From Nitrosomonas oligotropha (GTDB taxonomy: Bacteria > Pseudomonadota > Gammaproteobacteria > Burkholderiales > Nitrosomonadaceae): 64,000 nucleotides of DNA. The translations under genes were made by a program, and so were the position numbers. Location: NCBI GenBank assembly GCA_008015635.1, contig SSFX01000036.1:6603-70602 (forward strand). The letters are read 5' to 3'. Below are positions 1 to 9,651 of the stretch, piece after piece. The notes beneath the pieces were generated by a model. It was not told the DNA's origin. It saw nothing but the letters and a program-made list of their open reading frames with translations, and did not search any database. Each line of letters opens with the position of its first letter. Positions within the stretch are counted from its first letter, which is position 1.

Positions 1-243
1 CAACCAACGCATTTGATTGTTTATCGCGATGCAGACTTTGACGTGCGTTTTATCGAAATCAATCCGGTCACTGCGCGGCTGTTGCAATTGCTTTCCGGCG
101 ATGATTCTGTGCCGGGACGGACAGCGCTGCAACAAGTCGCTGCAGAGCTGAATCATCCCCAGCCAGACGCTGTGATTCAGGGGGGCATCGAAATATTGCA
201 AAACTTAAGAAAATGCCATGTAATTCTAGGAACCTATCCCTAA
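1..243 (+). CDS. 3' end of probable DUF2063 (HvfC/BufC-like) protein, truncated by window edge
   Basis: Open frame from base 1 (QPTHLIVYRDADFDVRFIEINPVTARLLQLL...QLAAEL-like helix...L..L...VILG) resembles the C-terminus of DUF2063 partners of DUF692 enzymes; recognised by eye only. Confidence 0.55.
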   Translation, partial: QPTHLIVYRDADFDVRFIEINPVTARLLQLLSGDDSVPGRTALQQVAAELNHPQPDAVIQGGIEILQNLRKCHVILGTYP

Positions 244-340
244 CCCGCTGATTGCACTTCAACACTACAGGTTTAAAGTGATTTGCCGTTAGATTCCCCA
301 TTGATAACGAATCGAAAACGCATGCTATGCGGGGAATCAC

Positions 341-1066
341 ATGATAGGAATATCGAATAAGAAGCAGACGAATACAACCAACACCCCGGTTGTGTTCAAT
401 ATGGCAAACTTTCTGGTTTCTTCCGTGCACGACATGAAAAACTCAGTCAGCATGCTCATTTGCGGTCTGGATAAGGTGCTGACATCGGTTGAAGCGGCCG
501 AACTTTCCACGCATGCCGAACTGGTGCAAATGAATCATGAAGCGAAACGCATCAATAACCGCCTGATTCAATTACTGACACTCTATAAGCTCGGTCAAAA
601 AATATATCCCTTTGATCCGCAATCCGTTTGCCTGGATGACTTTTTGCGTACGACCGTAGCGCAATATGCGCAGTTGCTCAAATTTCGCCAGATTCACCTG
701 GAAGTCTGGGTAGATCCCGGACTGTACTGGTATTTTGATGAGGATCTCATCAGCGGTGTCATCGGTAATGCTTTAAATAATGCCATGCGCCATACGCGTG
801 ATCATATCTTGATCAGTGCCGAAGAGCATGATGGTCAATTAATGTTGCGCGTTGAAGATGATGGTGATGGCTATCCGCCTGAGTTACTGGAAGGAAACGG
901 TAATGTCATGCAGAGCGTCGATTTTCATGGCGGTAATACCGGTCTGGGGCTTTATTTTTCCGCCATGGTGGCAAGAATGCATCGTAATCAAGGCGCTCAA
1001 GGCGATCTTTGCCTTGAGAACGGCGGCTCACTGCAAGGCGCCTGTTTCGTACTACATCTGCCGTAA
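341..1066 (+). CDS. Small cytoplasmic histidine kinase (HisKA + HATPase) without sensor domain
   Basis: H-box VHDMKNS, N-box NALNNAMRH, G1 EDDGDG, G2 TGLGL; no TM segment; start could be 401. Confidence 0.85.
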   Translation: MIGISNKKQTNTTNTPVVFNMANFLVSSVHDMKNSVSMLICGLDKVLTSVEAAELSTHAELVQMNHEAKRINNRLIQLLTLYKLGQKIYPFDPQSVCLDDFLRTTVAQYAQLLKFRQIHLEVWVDPGLYWYFDEDLISGVIGNALNNAMRHTRDHILISAEEHDGQLMLRVEDDGDGYPPELLEGNGNVMQSVDFHGGNTGLGLYFSAMVARMHRNQGAQGDLCLENGGSLQGACFVLHLP

Positions 1067-1092
1067 CAATCATTCATCCTAATTTTTGAATC

Positions 1093-2748
1093 ATGCATAT
1101 TAATCCGCTAGACATCTCAACGCCTGCCACTGAGTTAAATTTTTCAGGGAAAAATGTATTGATCGTTGATGATTACATGGAAATGCGCAGTATTTTGCGC
1201 GATATTCTCAGTAGTTGCGGGGCTGAAGTCAAGAAGATACATATGGCAACCAATGGCAATGAAGCCATTGGCTGGTTAAAAAAAGTGCGATTTGATATCG
1301 TACTTTGTGACCTGATTCTGGGTTCCGGGAAAAATGGTCAGCAAGTGCTTGAAGAAGCCAAGCATCAATCGCTGGTTGGCCCTTCCTGTTTATGGATCAT
1401 GATTACCGCGGAGAAAACCATGGAAGCGGTTACCGGTGCTGCGGAATATCAACCGGATGCGTATTTGTTGAAACCAGTCACAGAAGCGAGCCTGCGCTCG
1501 CGATTGGTCAAGATTTGGACAAAAAAAGAAGCGTTTGCGGAAATTCATAAGGCAATGAAACAGCAGGATTATTCAAGGGCTATGAGTTTGTGCGATCAGC
1601 GCCTGGCTGCGGATAAAGCGCATGCGGCTGATTTACTGCGGACTAAGTGCGATTTGCTGCTGGTTAGCGGTGAATATGACCGCGCCAAGAAAGTATTGGA
1701 AGAAATTCTGGCTGAACGCGATCTGCCCTGGGCTAAAGCGGCGCTGGCCAAAATATTGCTGAAGAAAAATGATTTGGATGCGGCTAAGAATTTGCTGGAA
1801 GAGACGGCGGAAGCAAATCCGGCTTATCTTGAAGCGCAAGATCTGCTGGCGCACACTTTGCAAGTGATGGGCGATCTCGAAGGAGCTGGCAATGTGCTTG
1901 AGCGTGCGGTAAAGCTATCGCCAAACTCGGTTACGCGGCAAAGAAACTTGGGCCATGTGTCAATGAAGCTTGGGAAGCTGGAAGATGCCGAGCGGGCTTT
2001 CCGCAAAAGTGTATCGCTCGGGGAAAATTCCGTGCTGCGCACGGCCGATGCTTACCTTGGGCTTGCCAAGGCATGCAGCGCTAATAAAAATTCCGAGCAG
2101 GCGCTTAAAGTGCTGGGGCAACTCAACAAAAGCTTTGCTACCGACGATGTGCGCGTGAAAGCCTTGGCGGTTGAAGGCATGATTCATCATCAAAGCGGAA
2201 ATGCCGGTAAGGCAAAGCAGATTGCTGATGAGCTGTGTCAGTCTATCGGTAATGACGGTATTCAACCTGATAGCGATGGAGCTTTGGAAATCGCGCGTTT
2301 ATTAATGGCTGCCGGCGGGGATAAAGAGAGAGCCATCAAATTATTGCAAAACGAGATCAAGAATAACCCCGAAAGCGCCGCCTTGTTGCGAGATGTAGCG
2401 GAAATATTCGAGCAAGCCGGCATGGGTGAAGAAGGCAGTAAATTGATTGAGACCTCGCGGCAAGAAGCCATGTTGATTATGAATCGTGGCGTACTGCTGA
2501 TCAGTAAAGGACAGTATGAAGAAGCCCTCAGCGCGATGCGCGACGCCTATGCTGCGATGCCCGCTAATATAAGAGTATTACTCAATTTGGCTTATGTGAT
2601 CATTACGTACATGCAAAAAAATGGATCGACACCCGAACTGATCGAAGAGGCTCGCAATAGCCTCCGGGCGGCAAATGAATTGTCACCCGGTGAGCCGCGT
2701 TTTATACGCTTGACGGCTTCACTGAACGAACTCATCGCTTTGAAATGA
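1093..2748 (+). CDS. Response regulator receiver + TPR-repeat protein
   Basis: N-terminal REC (LIVDD, LCD, MITAE, LLKP) followed by repeated TPR-like helices. Confidence 0.88.
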   Translation: MHINPLDISTPATELNFSGKNVLIVDDYMEMRSILRDILSSCGAEVKKIHMATNGNEAIGWLKKVRFDIVLCDLILGSGKNGQQVLEEAKHQSLVGPSCLWIMITAEKTMEAVTGAAEYQPDAYLLKPVTEASLRSRLVKIWTKKEAFAEIHKAMKQQDYSRAMSLCDQRLAADKAHAADLLRTKCDLLLVSGEYDRAKKVLEEILAERDLPWAKAALAKILLKKNDLDAAKNLLEETAEANPAYLEAQDLLAHTLQVMGDLEGAGNVLERAVKLSPNSVTRQRNLGHVSMKLGKLEDAERAFRKSVSLGENSVLRTADAYLGLAKACSANKNSEQALKVLGQLNKSFATDDVRVKALAVEGMIHHQSGNAGKAKQIADELCQSIGNDGIQPDSDGALEIARLLMAAGGDKERAIKLLQNEIKNNPESAALLRDVAEIFEQAGMGEEGSKLIETSRQEAMLIMNRGVLLISKGQYEEALSAMRDAYAAMPANIRVLLNLAYVIITYMQKNGSTPELIEEARNSLRAANELSPGEPRFIRLTASLNELIALK

Positions 2749-2777
2749 TCTCCGCAGATGGGTTTATTTTCGTTTAA

Positions 2778-2891
2778 GGAAGCTCTGAGAAATTACTGTG
2801 CTTGGCCATGCGGCGTTGAAATTAGGTTCAAAATACTCATTTACTCCTCGTAAATTGCGCTTTTTCACCTGATTTCGCCGCATTACCTTCC
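2778..2891. mobile_element. IS5-type MITE, internally deleted copy, flanked by TTAA duplication
   Basis: Begins GGAAGCTCTGAGAAA, ends CCTTCC, TTAA on both sides (2774-2777, 2892-2895); aligns over ~100 bp with the reverse complement of 11867-12006. Confidence 0.75.
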
Positions 2892-2912
2892 TTAAGCATT
2901 AGACTGCATCAG

Positions 2913-3779
2913 TTACTTGACCTTGACAAAACGGCCGTCCTGCTTGACCCAGGCTTCTCCCGTAAAAGCATCGGTAATTGTGGCGGCATCGGTAGCAAAG
3001 CAATCCGCTACAATGGCGTTTTTATACGTACCCGTTGTCGTGTAGGTGATGGGCGGGGTTACTGCCACACCGGGAATGGATATGCTTCCCAGTTCTTTGG
3101 AAAATACCGTAGTGATATCAAGACAAAGATTTGAATTGACTGTCAGATTCTCAGTTCCTGCCGGTGCATTGATAGTGCAATGTTTAACATTTGCCGCTGA
3201 GTTGATGAGTTCTGAGAAAGGATCGGGCAATCCTGGGATGCTAATCGTAATTCCGCTGATTGTTGATGAGGTGATTGTGTTGCTGCCCAGCGCATGAATA
3301 CCGCTTGCGGTTGTTTGTGACGGGACTGTACACAAATTGGTTGTGCTAAGATCCGGTAAGACGACACAGCTGCTACCGGTCGTGACGGTGACAACATTAC
3401 CGCTTTGACTATAAGATACGCCGCTGAGCGTATTTGACGTATCACAAGCAGCAATGCCGCCATTACCGCCGGAACTATCGACTTGGCTGATCAAGTTTGC
3501 GAGCGTGTCGATCAATGTCGGATTGTTTCCCCAGGGTCCGCCAAGAACGTAAACAGCATTGTCACTTTTATTGACACCCGCATAAACGCCAGTCTCCGGA
3601 TAGTAGCGGAATAACCAGGGCTCGATATTTTGTGTGGCTTGAGGGCTAGGGAAGAATTGCGGGAAGGTCTTTTCAGCCCAATTGAGCAATTTTTCCGTGT
3701 CCGTAGACGTCGTGGCGAAAGCGAACTGTATGTGAGCGATTAGAACGAATGCGCAAGCCGATAGAATAAGCCGTTTCAT
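2913..3779 (-). CDS. Secreted hypothetical protein (Cys-containing, Ser/Thr-rich C-terminal domain)
   Basis: Signal peptide ending AFA; N-domain EKLLNWAEKTFPQFFP...FRYYPETG; six Cys in C-terminal half. Confidence 0.75.
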   Translation of the reverse strand: MKRLILSACAFVLIAHIQFAFATTSTDTEKLLNWAEKTFPQFFPSPQATQNIEPWLFRYYPETGVYAGVNKSDNAVYVLGGPWGNNPTLIDTLANLISQVDSSGGNGGIAACDTSNTLSGVSYSQSGNVVTVTTGSSCVVLPDLSTTNLCTVPSQTTASGIHALGSNTITSSTISGITISIPGLPDPFSELINSAANVKHCTINAPAGTENLTVNSNLCLDITTVFSKELGSISIPGVAVTPPITYTTTGTYKNAIVADCFATDAATITDAFTGEAWVKQDGRFVKVK

Positions 3780-3948
3780 GATGAAGATCTCCGGTTGATT
3801 GGAACAGATGGATAAATATCCGGGTATGGATTCTTTTTTCGATGATCAAAAAATAATTAAAAATATTGTACATTCGATGTATTCAATCTAAACCGAGATT
3901 TAGCCGGGAAAATGCGGGTATTTCTTAGTAGCAATGGTGAAAAAAACA

Positions 3949-4530
3949 CTATTGATGTACTTTAGCGGCCAACTGAAGCAGTTTTGAGCTGATATCCAGT
4001 CCCGACTTGCGTGCGATTCCCAGATTGATTTCAAATACAATTTTTTCATTGACCAGGTTCATATTGATGATCACCCCTTGGGATATGGCGTTTGGGTTGT
4101 CGGCCAATGTCAGGATGGGTTGGCCGGGCAGACTGCTCAATAGGTTTGACAGGTTGCTGCTGACCGACTTGGAGAAGAATATCACCTGGCACCCGGTTAA
4201 TTTCTCCGGATTGTCTATCCGCGCGACTTTGATGTGACGCTTGTCGACCGGTTTGTTTTGCAGTTTGTCGATTTCGCTGCCAAAGAAATCTTCGCCGTAA
4301 ACGCACAGATTAATCGTTTGACCCACATTCTCGGGCCACTGCGTGAAGGCGATAAAGTTATAAATAAAAGCGGCCTTGACTTGATACTCAACGATACTGT
4401 CGGCTTTGGCAGTTGAGTGCGTAACCGGCAGACCGTAACCTAACCCCAGAGCTAAAATGAAGCCGTAGACACATCGTTTCACGATTGTGCCTGAGCGTCG
4501 GATGAGCTGGTTAAGTGTGGGCATATTCAT
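3949..4530 (-). CDS. yfiR: YfiR family (DUF4154) periplasmic protein, copy 1
   Basis: EYQVKAAFIYNFIAFTQWP, LCVYG, CQVIF, FEINL...GLDISSKLLQLA; ATG 4530 chosen as start because the ORF-track start 4551 overlaps the upstream gene. Confidence 0.88.
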   Translation of the reverse strand: MNMPTLNQLIRRSGTIVKRCVYGFILALGLGYGLPVTHSTAKADSIVEYQVKAAFIYNFIAFTQWPENVGQTINLCVYGEDFFGSEIDKLQNKPVDKRHIKVARIDNPEKLTGCQVIFFSKSVSSNLSNLLSSLPGQPILTLADNPNAISQGVIINMNLVNEKIVFEINLGIARKSGLDISSKLLQLAAKVHQ

Positions 4531-4538
4531 TGTTCTGA

Positions 4539-6635
4539 TTAGAAGCGCCACTGTGCTCCGGCGTAAATTCCTCGCGGAATGAACGCGGGTACGATTGGAA
4601 TAAACTCAGAGCCCATCTCTCGATGATTCTGGCTAAACAGATTTTGACCCACAACGAATAGCTCGGTATTTTTGGTTGGTCTGTATGCCAGTTTTGCATC
4701 CATCGTGACATAGCTTGGGATGTTGTAAAAAGAGATATTGCTGGTATAGCGCAGCCAAAGATTGAGTTGTAATTTCTCGGAGAAATCGTAGTTAGAACGA
4801 ACCGACAGCTGATGCTGAGGATTTACCTTACTGATACCGCCAGCGGTTGGGTCGGATTTTGTCAGCAAATTATTCGAGGAGAAGTCTATGTGGAGAAAGC
4901 TGTAACTGCTTTGCAGGCGCCAATTTTCTTTTGGCTTCCAATCAACCGATGTTTCAAAACCATAGGTTAGCGCGGATCCCTGATTGTTAATGGTTAAGGG
5001 CAGCAGAAGTTGCCTTGGGAGTCCGGTCATGAACGATAGTGTGCCAAAGCTTGCGTCACGCATTTGACTATAGTCGTTGACGAACCCTGCCAAATCAATG
5101 GAGGCCTGGGGAGTGAACTGGCGCCGGTAGCCCAGTTCATAGGCGATTAATTTTTCCGAGTTAAAGTGATGGCTGCCGTTCAGTATAGCGGTGATAGGGA
5201 ATGACAACGCGGATAATCCGGCCGCATTTTGCAATTGTGGTGTGATATTAATCATGGAGTCGTTTTCCGCGCGCGAAGGCGTCCGCACCGCGCGGGATAC
5301 CGCCAGCCAAATTGAGTTCTCGGTATTCGGCGTCCACATCAGGCGTGCATTGGGTTGTATCTCCATGCCGGTAAAATCGTTGTGCTCAAATCGGCTGCCT
5401 AATGTAAACAACAGGCGATCCGGTATCAACGTGATGTCATCACGGATGAAAGTGCCGATTAAATGATTCGTTTGTTCACGCGGAGAGAATGTCAATAAAT
5501 GAGTATCGAAAACTTTGTTGTGATAAAGCCGGTAATTAGCGCCCCATGTCAAATTATGCCGCTCGAATAAAGGAAACCGGTATTGCATGTCGACGTCAAA
5601 GCTCTCGGCGTTAAATTTCCCTATGGGTTGCAGTATCGACTGATTCTGGTCGTAGTAAGCTTGTAGCATGAAGGAGGAATTCTCGGAGAACGTCCGGTCC
5701 CAGCGGAAGCGTATATTTCCCCCTTCATTATGTCCGCGCATTTCACCGGACCGGTTGATCGATAGATTGGAAGCGCTTTTATCCAGCGTGCCGCCATCGA
5801 AATTGGAAAAGAAATCGCCTTGCAATGTAAATTGGTCAATGCCACGGCTATGGTCGAAGCGAAATCCACCCCTGGCCGAATGCCATTGATCGTTAGCGCT
5901 TTCCCCGGATAACGATTGGGTCTGGCCTCGGGTGAATCCTTTCGCGTAGACACGGAAAGGCGTGTCTTCATTGATCATGCCGCCATAGCGGGCGCCTGCG
6001 AAACCGTTCTCGAAACTTCCCCCGCCGGCGGTAAAGAGCGCGCCCTGGGTATCGGCGGCTTTCTTGGTGATAATATTGATGACGCCATTGACCGCATTGG
6101 ATCCCCACGATGTGGCGGCAGGGCCGCGGATCACCTCGATGCGTTCGATATCTTCCATCAGCGTGTCTTGCTGTTCCCATAATACGCCGGAGAAAATCGG
6201 TGAATAGACACTGCGGCCGTCCATCAGCACTTGCAGCTTGTTGGCATAAAGGCCATTAAAGCCGCGAATACTGACCGCCCACTTATCGGTGCCGACGCGA
6301 TCGACTTGCACGCCGGGCGCCATTCTTAAAGCATCTGGAATACTTGTCGCACCGGAGCGGCGGATGTCGTCCTGGGTAATGACAAAAACTGCGGATGCCA
6401 CTTGGGTAAGCCGTTGCGGATTTCTCGAGACCGTGGTTACCTTGACGTTCATCAGCTCTTCAATGCTCAGGTTCAGAAACTGATTATTGATCGATTGGTT
6501 CTCCGCCATCGCCGGATTCGCAAGGTATCCAAGCAGAAACAAGCTGGCAAGCCGCAGCGTCAAGGTTTTACGATGCTGCTGCTTTGGTTGCCGGTGAATG
6601 GGATGCAATTGAGTAAATGGACAAAATATCTTCAT
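4539..6635 (-). CDS. TonB-dependent receptor, copy 1
   Basis: Signal peptide, plug motifs (ITQDDIRRSGATSIPDALR, IERIEVIRGP, GVINIITK), barrel, C-terminal QWRF. Confidence 0.92.
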   Translation of the reverse strand: MKIFCPFTQLHPIHRQPKQQHRKTLTLRLASLFLLGYLANPAMAENQSINNQFLNLSIEELMNVKVTTVSRNPQRLTQVASAVFVITQDDIRRSGATSIPDALRMAPGVQVDRVGTDKWAVSIRGFNGLYANKLQVLMDGRSVYSPIFSGVLWEQQDTLMEDIERIEVIRGPAATSWGSNAVNGVINIITKKAADTQGALFTAGGGSFENGFAGARYGGMINEDTPFRVYAKGFTRGQTQSLSGESANDQWHSARGGFRFDHSRGIDQFTLQGDFFSNFDGGTLDKSASNLSINRSGEMRGHNEGGNIRFRWDRTFSENSSFMLQAYYDQNQSILQPIGKFNAESFDVDMQYRFPLFERHNLTWGANYRLYHNKVFDTHLLTFSPREQTNHLIGTFIRDDITLIPDRLLFTLGSRFEHNDFTGMEIQPNARLMWTPNTENSIWLAVSRAVRTPSRAENDSMINITPQLQNAAGLSALSFPITAILNGSHHFNSEKLIAYELGYRRQFTPQASIDLAGFVNDYSQMRDASFGTLSFMTGLPRQLLLPLTINNQGSALTYGFETSVDWKPKENWRLQSSYSFLHIDFSSNNLLTKSDPTAGGISKVNPQHQLSVRSNYDFSEKLQLNLWLRYTSNISFYNIPSYVTMDAKLAYRPTKNTELFVVGQNLFSQNHREMGSEFIPIVPAFIPRGIYAGAQWRF

Positions 6636-6956
6636 AGGGATGTTTTCATCTACAACGGTCTCTTTTCGCTGATGTGGGTACTACAAAGGTTTTCAGGGTT
6701 GAACTGAACAAGTTTCAGCACACTCTCGAGCGATGTTGGTTAGATCGGGTGTGGCAGTGCAATCGCTTAGAGTGACTGCGACGGCTTCACAACTCGACCA
6801 ATATTCGGATGAAATTTTCGCATGCTATGGATCAGCGCTATGGCAGGAATTGGCTGATAAAAAATGACTATTTCTTACAAAAAAGCAGGAATTTTTGTGC
6901 AGGGATAATCACAGTGACGTTTGGGAAGGATCCCGGCAATCGAGTGCCGGGGGGGG

Positions 6957-7538
6957 CTATTGATACACTTTGACAGCAAGTTGCAGTAATTTTGAACTGA
7001 TATCCAATCCGGACTTGCGTGCAATTTCCAGATTAATTTCAAATACAATTTTCTCATTGACCAGATTCATATTGATGATCACGCCTTGTGCTATGGCATC
7101 GGGGCTGTCGGCCAAGGTCAAGATAGGCTGCGCCGGTAAGCTGCTTAAAAAGTTTGATAGCGAGCTGCTGACCGATTTTGAGAAAAATACCACTTGGCAA
7201 TCCGCCAATTTTTCCGGATTGTTGATGCGCACTATTTTGATAGTGCGCTTATCCACTGGTTTGCTCTGTAATTTATCGATTTCACTGCCAAAATAGTCTT
7301 CGCCGTAAACACAAAGATGGATGGTTTGTCCGGTAGTGTCCGGCCATTGCGTGAATGCGACAAAGTTATAGATAAAAGCCGCTTTGACCTGATATTCAGT
7401 GATGCCGCCCGCTTGGGCGATTGAGTATGTGACTGGCAGACCGTAACCTAACCCCAGGGCCAGAATGATGCCGTAGACACATCGTTTCACGATTGTGCCT
7501 GAGCGTCTGATGAGTTGGTTAAGTGTGGGCATATTCAT
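6957..7538 (-). CDS. yfiR: YfiR family (DUF4154) protein, copy 2 (recent paralogue of copy 1)
   Basis: Same length and near-identical protein to 3949-4530, offset by 3008 bp. Confidence 0.88.
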   Translation of the reverse strand: MNMPTLNQLIRRSGTIVKRCVYGIILALGLGYGLPVTYSIAQAGGITEYQVKAAFIYNFVAFTQWPDTTGQTIHLCVYGEDYFGSEIDKLQSKPVDKRTIKIVRINNPEKLADCQVVFFSKSVSSSLSNFLSSLPAQPILTLADSPDAIAQGVIINMNLVNEKIVFEINLEIARKSGLDISSKLLQLAVKVYQ

Positions 7539-7546
7539 TATTCTGA

Positions 7547-9649
7547 TTAGAAGCGCCACTGTGCGCCGCCATAGATTCCTCGCGGAATAAAGGCTGGTGA
7601 TGAAGGCAGGAAATCAGCCACGAACTCTCGATGATTCTGACTAAACAGGTTTTGCCCGACAACGAACAGCTCCAGGTTTCTGACCGGTTTATACGTTATT
7701 TTGGCATCCATCGTGACATAGCCGGGGATGTTGTATTGCGAGATAGCACTGGTATAGCGTAACCAGAAATTTGCTTCCAATTTATCTGATAAATCGTGGT
7801 TTGAACGAAGCGATAAATGATGTTGAGGATTTACCTTTTCAGCGCCGCTGGTGAGGGGGTCAAATCTTTTGGTTAATGAATTCGCCGCGATATCCATTTG
7901 CAGAAAACTATAATTGCTTTGCAAGCGCCATTTGTCTATGGGTTTCCAATCAGCAGAAATCTCAAATCCGTAAGTTAATGCAGATGCTTGATTATTGCCC
8001 ATGACTGGCAATAAGAGTTGAGTGGGTACGCCTGTACTCAGCGACAATGCGCCAAAACTGGCATCGCGCAGCTGACTATAATCGTTAACAAATCCGGCAA
8101 TATCGACTGACGCTCTTGAAGAAAATTGATGGCGATAGCCTAACTCATAGGCGATGAGTTTTTCGGAATTAAAACCGTGCGAGCCCTGGAATGCCACCAA
8201 TATCGGAAAAGGTAGCACAGACAATCCTGGGAAATCACGTATTTGCGCTGAACTCATGCGGATGTCGTTTTCAGAACGGGAAGGGGTGCGAACTGCGCGT
8301 GAAACCGCCATCCAAACCGAGTTCTTGGCATTGGGAGTCCACATGAGACGTGCGTTGGGTTGTATTTCCAATCCGCTAAAATCATTGTGATCCAAACGCG
8401 TGCCGATTGAGAACCGCAAGTAATCGGGTATCAACGTGATTTCATCGCGAATAAAGCCGCTGATGAGCTGGTTGGATCGCGTGCGCGGATGGAAAGTAAT
8501 GATATCAGTATCATAAACCGTATTATGATAGAGCCGGTAATTAGTACCCCAAGTTAAGTCATGCCGGTCGAACAGGGGAAAACGATGCTGAAAATCAAGA
8601 TCAAAGCTTTCGGCATCATAATCAACAACCGGCAATATCTTCTGGCGGATACGGTCATAGTAGGTTTGAAACATGATGGAAGAGCGATCGGACATTGTCC
8701 GGTCCCAACGGAAACGGATATTTCCACCCTCTTCATAGCCACGGTAACCGTTGACCGGAATTGTTGGCAAATCGAGTACCGCTCTATTGATTCTATCGCC
8801 GTTGGAATTAAAGAAAACATCGCCTTGCAAGGTGAACTGATCGATGCCGCGACTATGGTCTACCCGGAATCCTCCCCTGGCCGAATGCCATTGGTCGCGA
8901 TTGTTTTCTCCGGATAATGATGAAGTATTGTCTCTTGTAAAGCCTTTGACATAGACGCGAAAAGGTGTTTCTTCATTAATCTTTCCACCGTGACGCGCGC
9001 CGACAAAACCCTGTTCAAAAGTTCCACCACCCGCGCTGAGAAGCGTTCCCTGGGTATCGGCGGCTTTCTTGGTGATGATGTTAATCACGCCATTCACCGC
9101 ATTCGCGCCCCATACTGTAGCAGCAGGCCCACGGATCACTTCGATACGTTCGATATCTTCCATCAACGTGTCTTGATGTTCCCACAGTGTGCCTGAGAAT
9201 ATAGGTGAATAAATACTGCGTCCATCCATCAGGACTTGCAATTTATTGGCAAAGCGGCCGTTAAAACCACGCACACTGATTGCCCATTTATTCGTATCGA
9301 TACGCTCTACTTGTACGCCAGGCGCCATTCTTAAGGCATCCGGAATACTCGTGGCGCCGGAGCGGCGAATATCATCTTGAGTAATCACAAAGACAGCGGA
9401 TGCAACTTCAGTCAGTTTCTGCGGACGCCTTGACACCGTGGTGACTTTGACGTTCATCAATTCTTCGATGCTTAAATTCAGAAATTGATCTTCGGCAAGC
9501 TTACCGCTTGCCGGTGCAAGTTCTACAAAAAACCCCAGGAAGCAGAGGACAGTGAGCTGCAATAGCCATTTACGCATTAGAGTCAGCCCTCGGACCGCAG
9601 GTTCGGTTTGCATTCCAACGAGCTGATGGGTTGTTTGTCTGGTATTCAT
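7547..9649 (-). CDS. TonB-dependent receptor, copy 2
   Basis: Plug and barrel motifs, C-terminal QWRF; ATG at 9649 just after the upstream stop preferred over ORF-track start 9871. Confidence 0.9.
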   Translation of the reverse strand: MNTRQTTHQLVGMQTEPAVRGLTLMRKWLLQLTVLCFLGFFVELAPASGKLAEDQFLNLSIEELMNVKVTTVSRRPQKLTEVASAVFVITQDDIRRSGATSIPDALRMAPGVQVERIDTNKWAISVRGFNGRFANKLQVLMDGRSIYSPIFSGTLWEHQDTLMEDIERIEVIRGPAATVWGANAVNGVINIITKKAADTQGTLLSAGGGTFEQGFVGARHGGKINEETPFRVYVKGFTRDNTSSLSGENNRDQWHSARGGFRVDHSRGIDQFTLQGDVFFNSNGDRINRAVLDLPTIPVNGYRGYEEGGNIRFRWDRTMSDRSSIMFQTYYDRIRQKILPVVDYDAESFDLDFQHRFPLFDRHDLTWGTNYRLYHNTVYDTDIITFHPRTRSNQLISGFIRDEITLIPDYLRFSIGTRLDHNDFSGLEIQPNARLMWTPNAKNSVWMAVSRAVRTPSRSENDIRMSSAQIRDFPGLSVLPFPILVAFQGSHGFNSEKLIAYELGYRHQFSSRASVDIAGFVNDYSQLRDASFGALSLSTGVPTQLLLPVMGNNQASALTYGFEISADWKPIDKWRLQSNYSFLQMDIAANSLTKRFDPLTSGAEKVNPQHHLSLRSNHDLSDKLEANFWLRYTSAISQYNIPGYVTMDAKITYKPVRNLELFVVGQNLFSQNHREFVADFLPSSPAFIPRGIYGGAQWRF

Positions 9650-9651
9650 CG

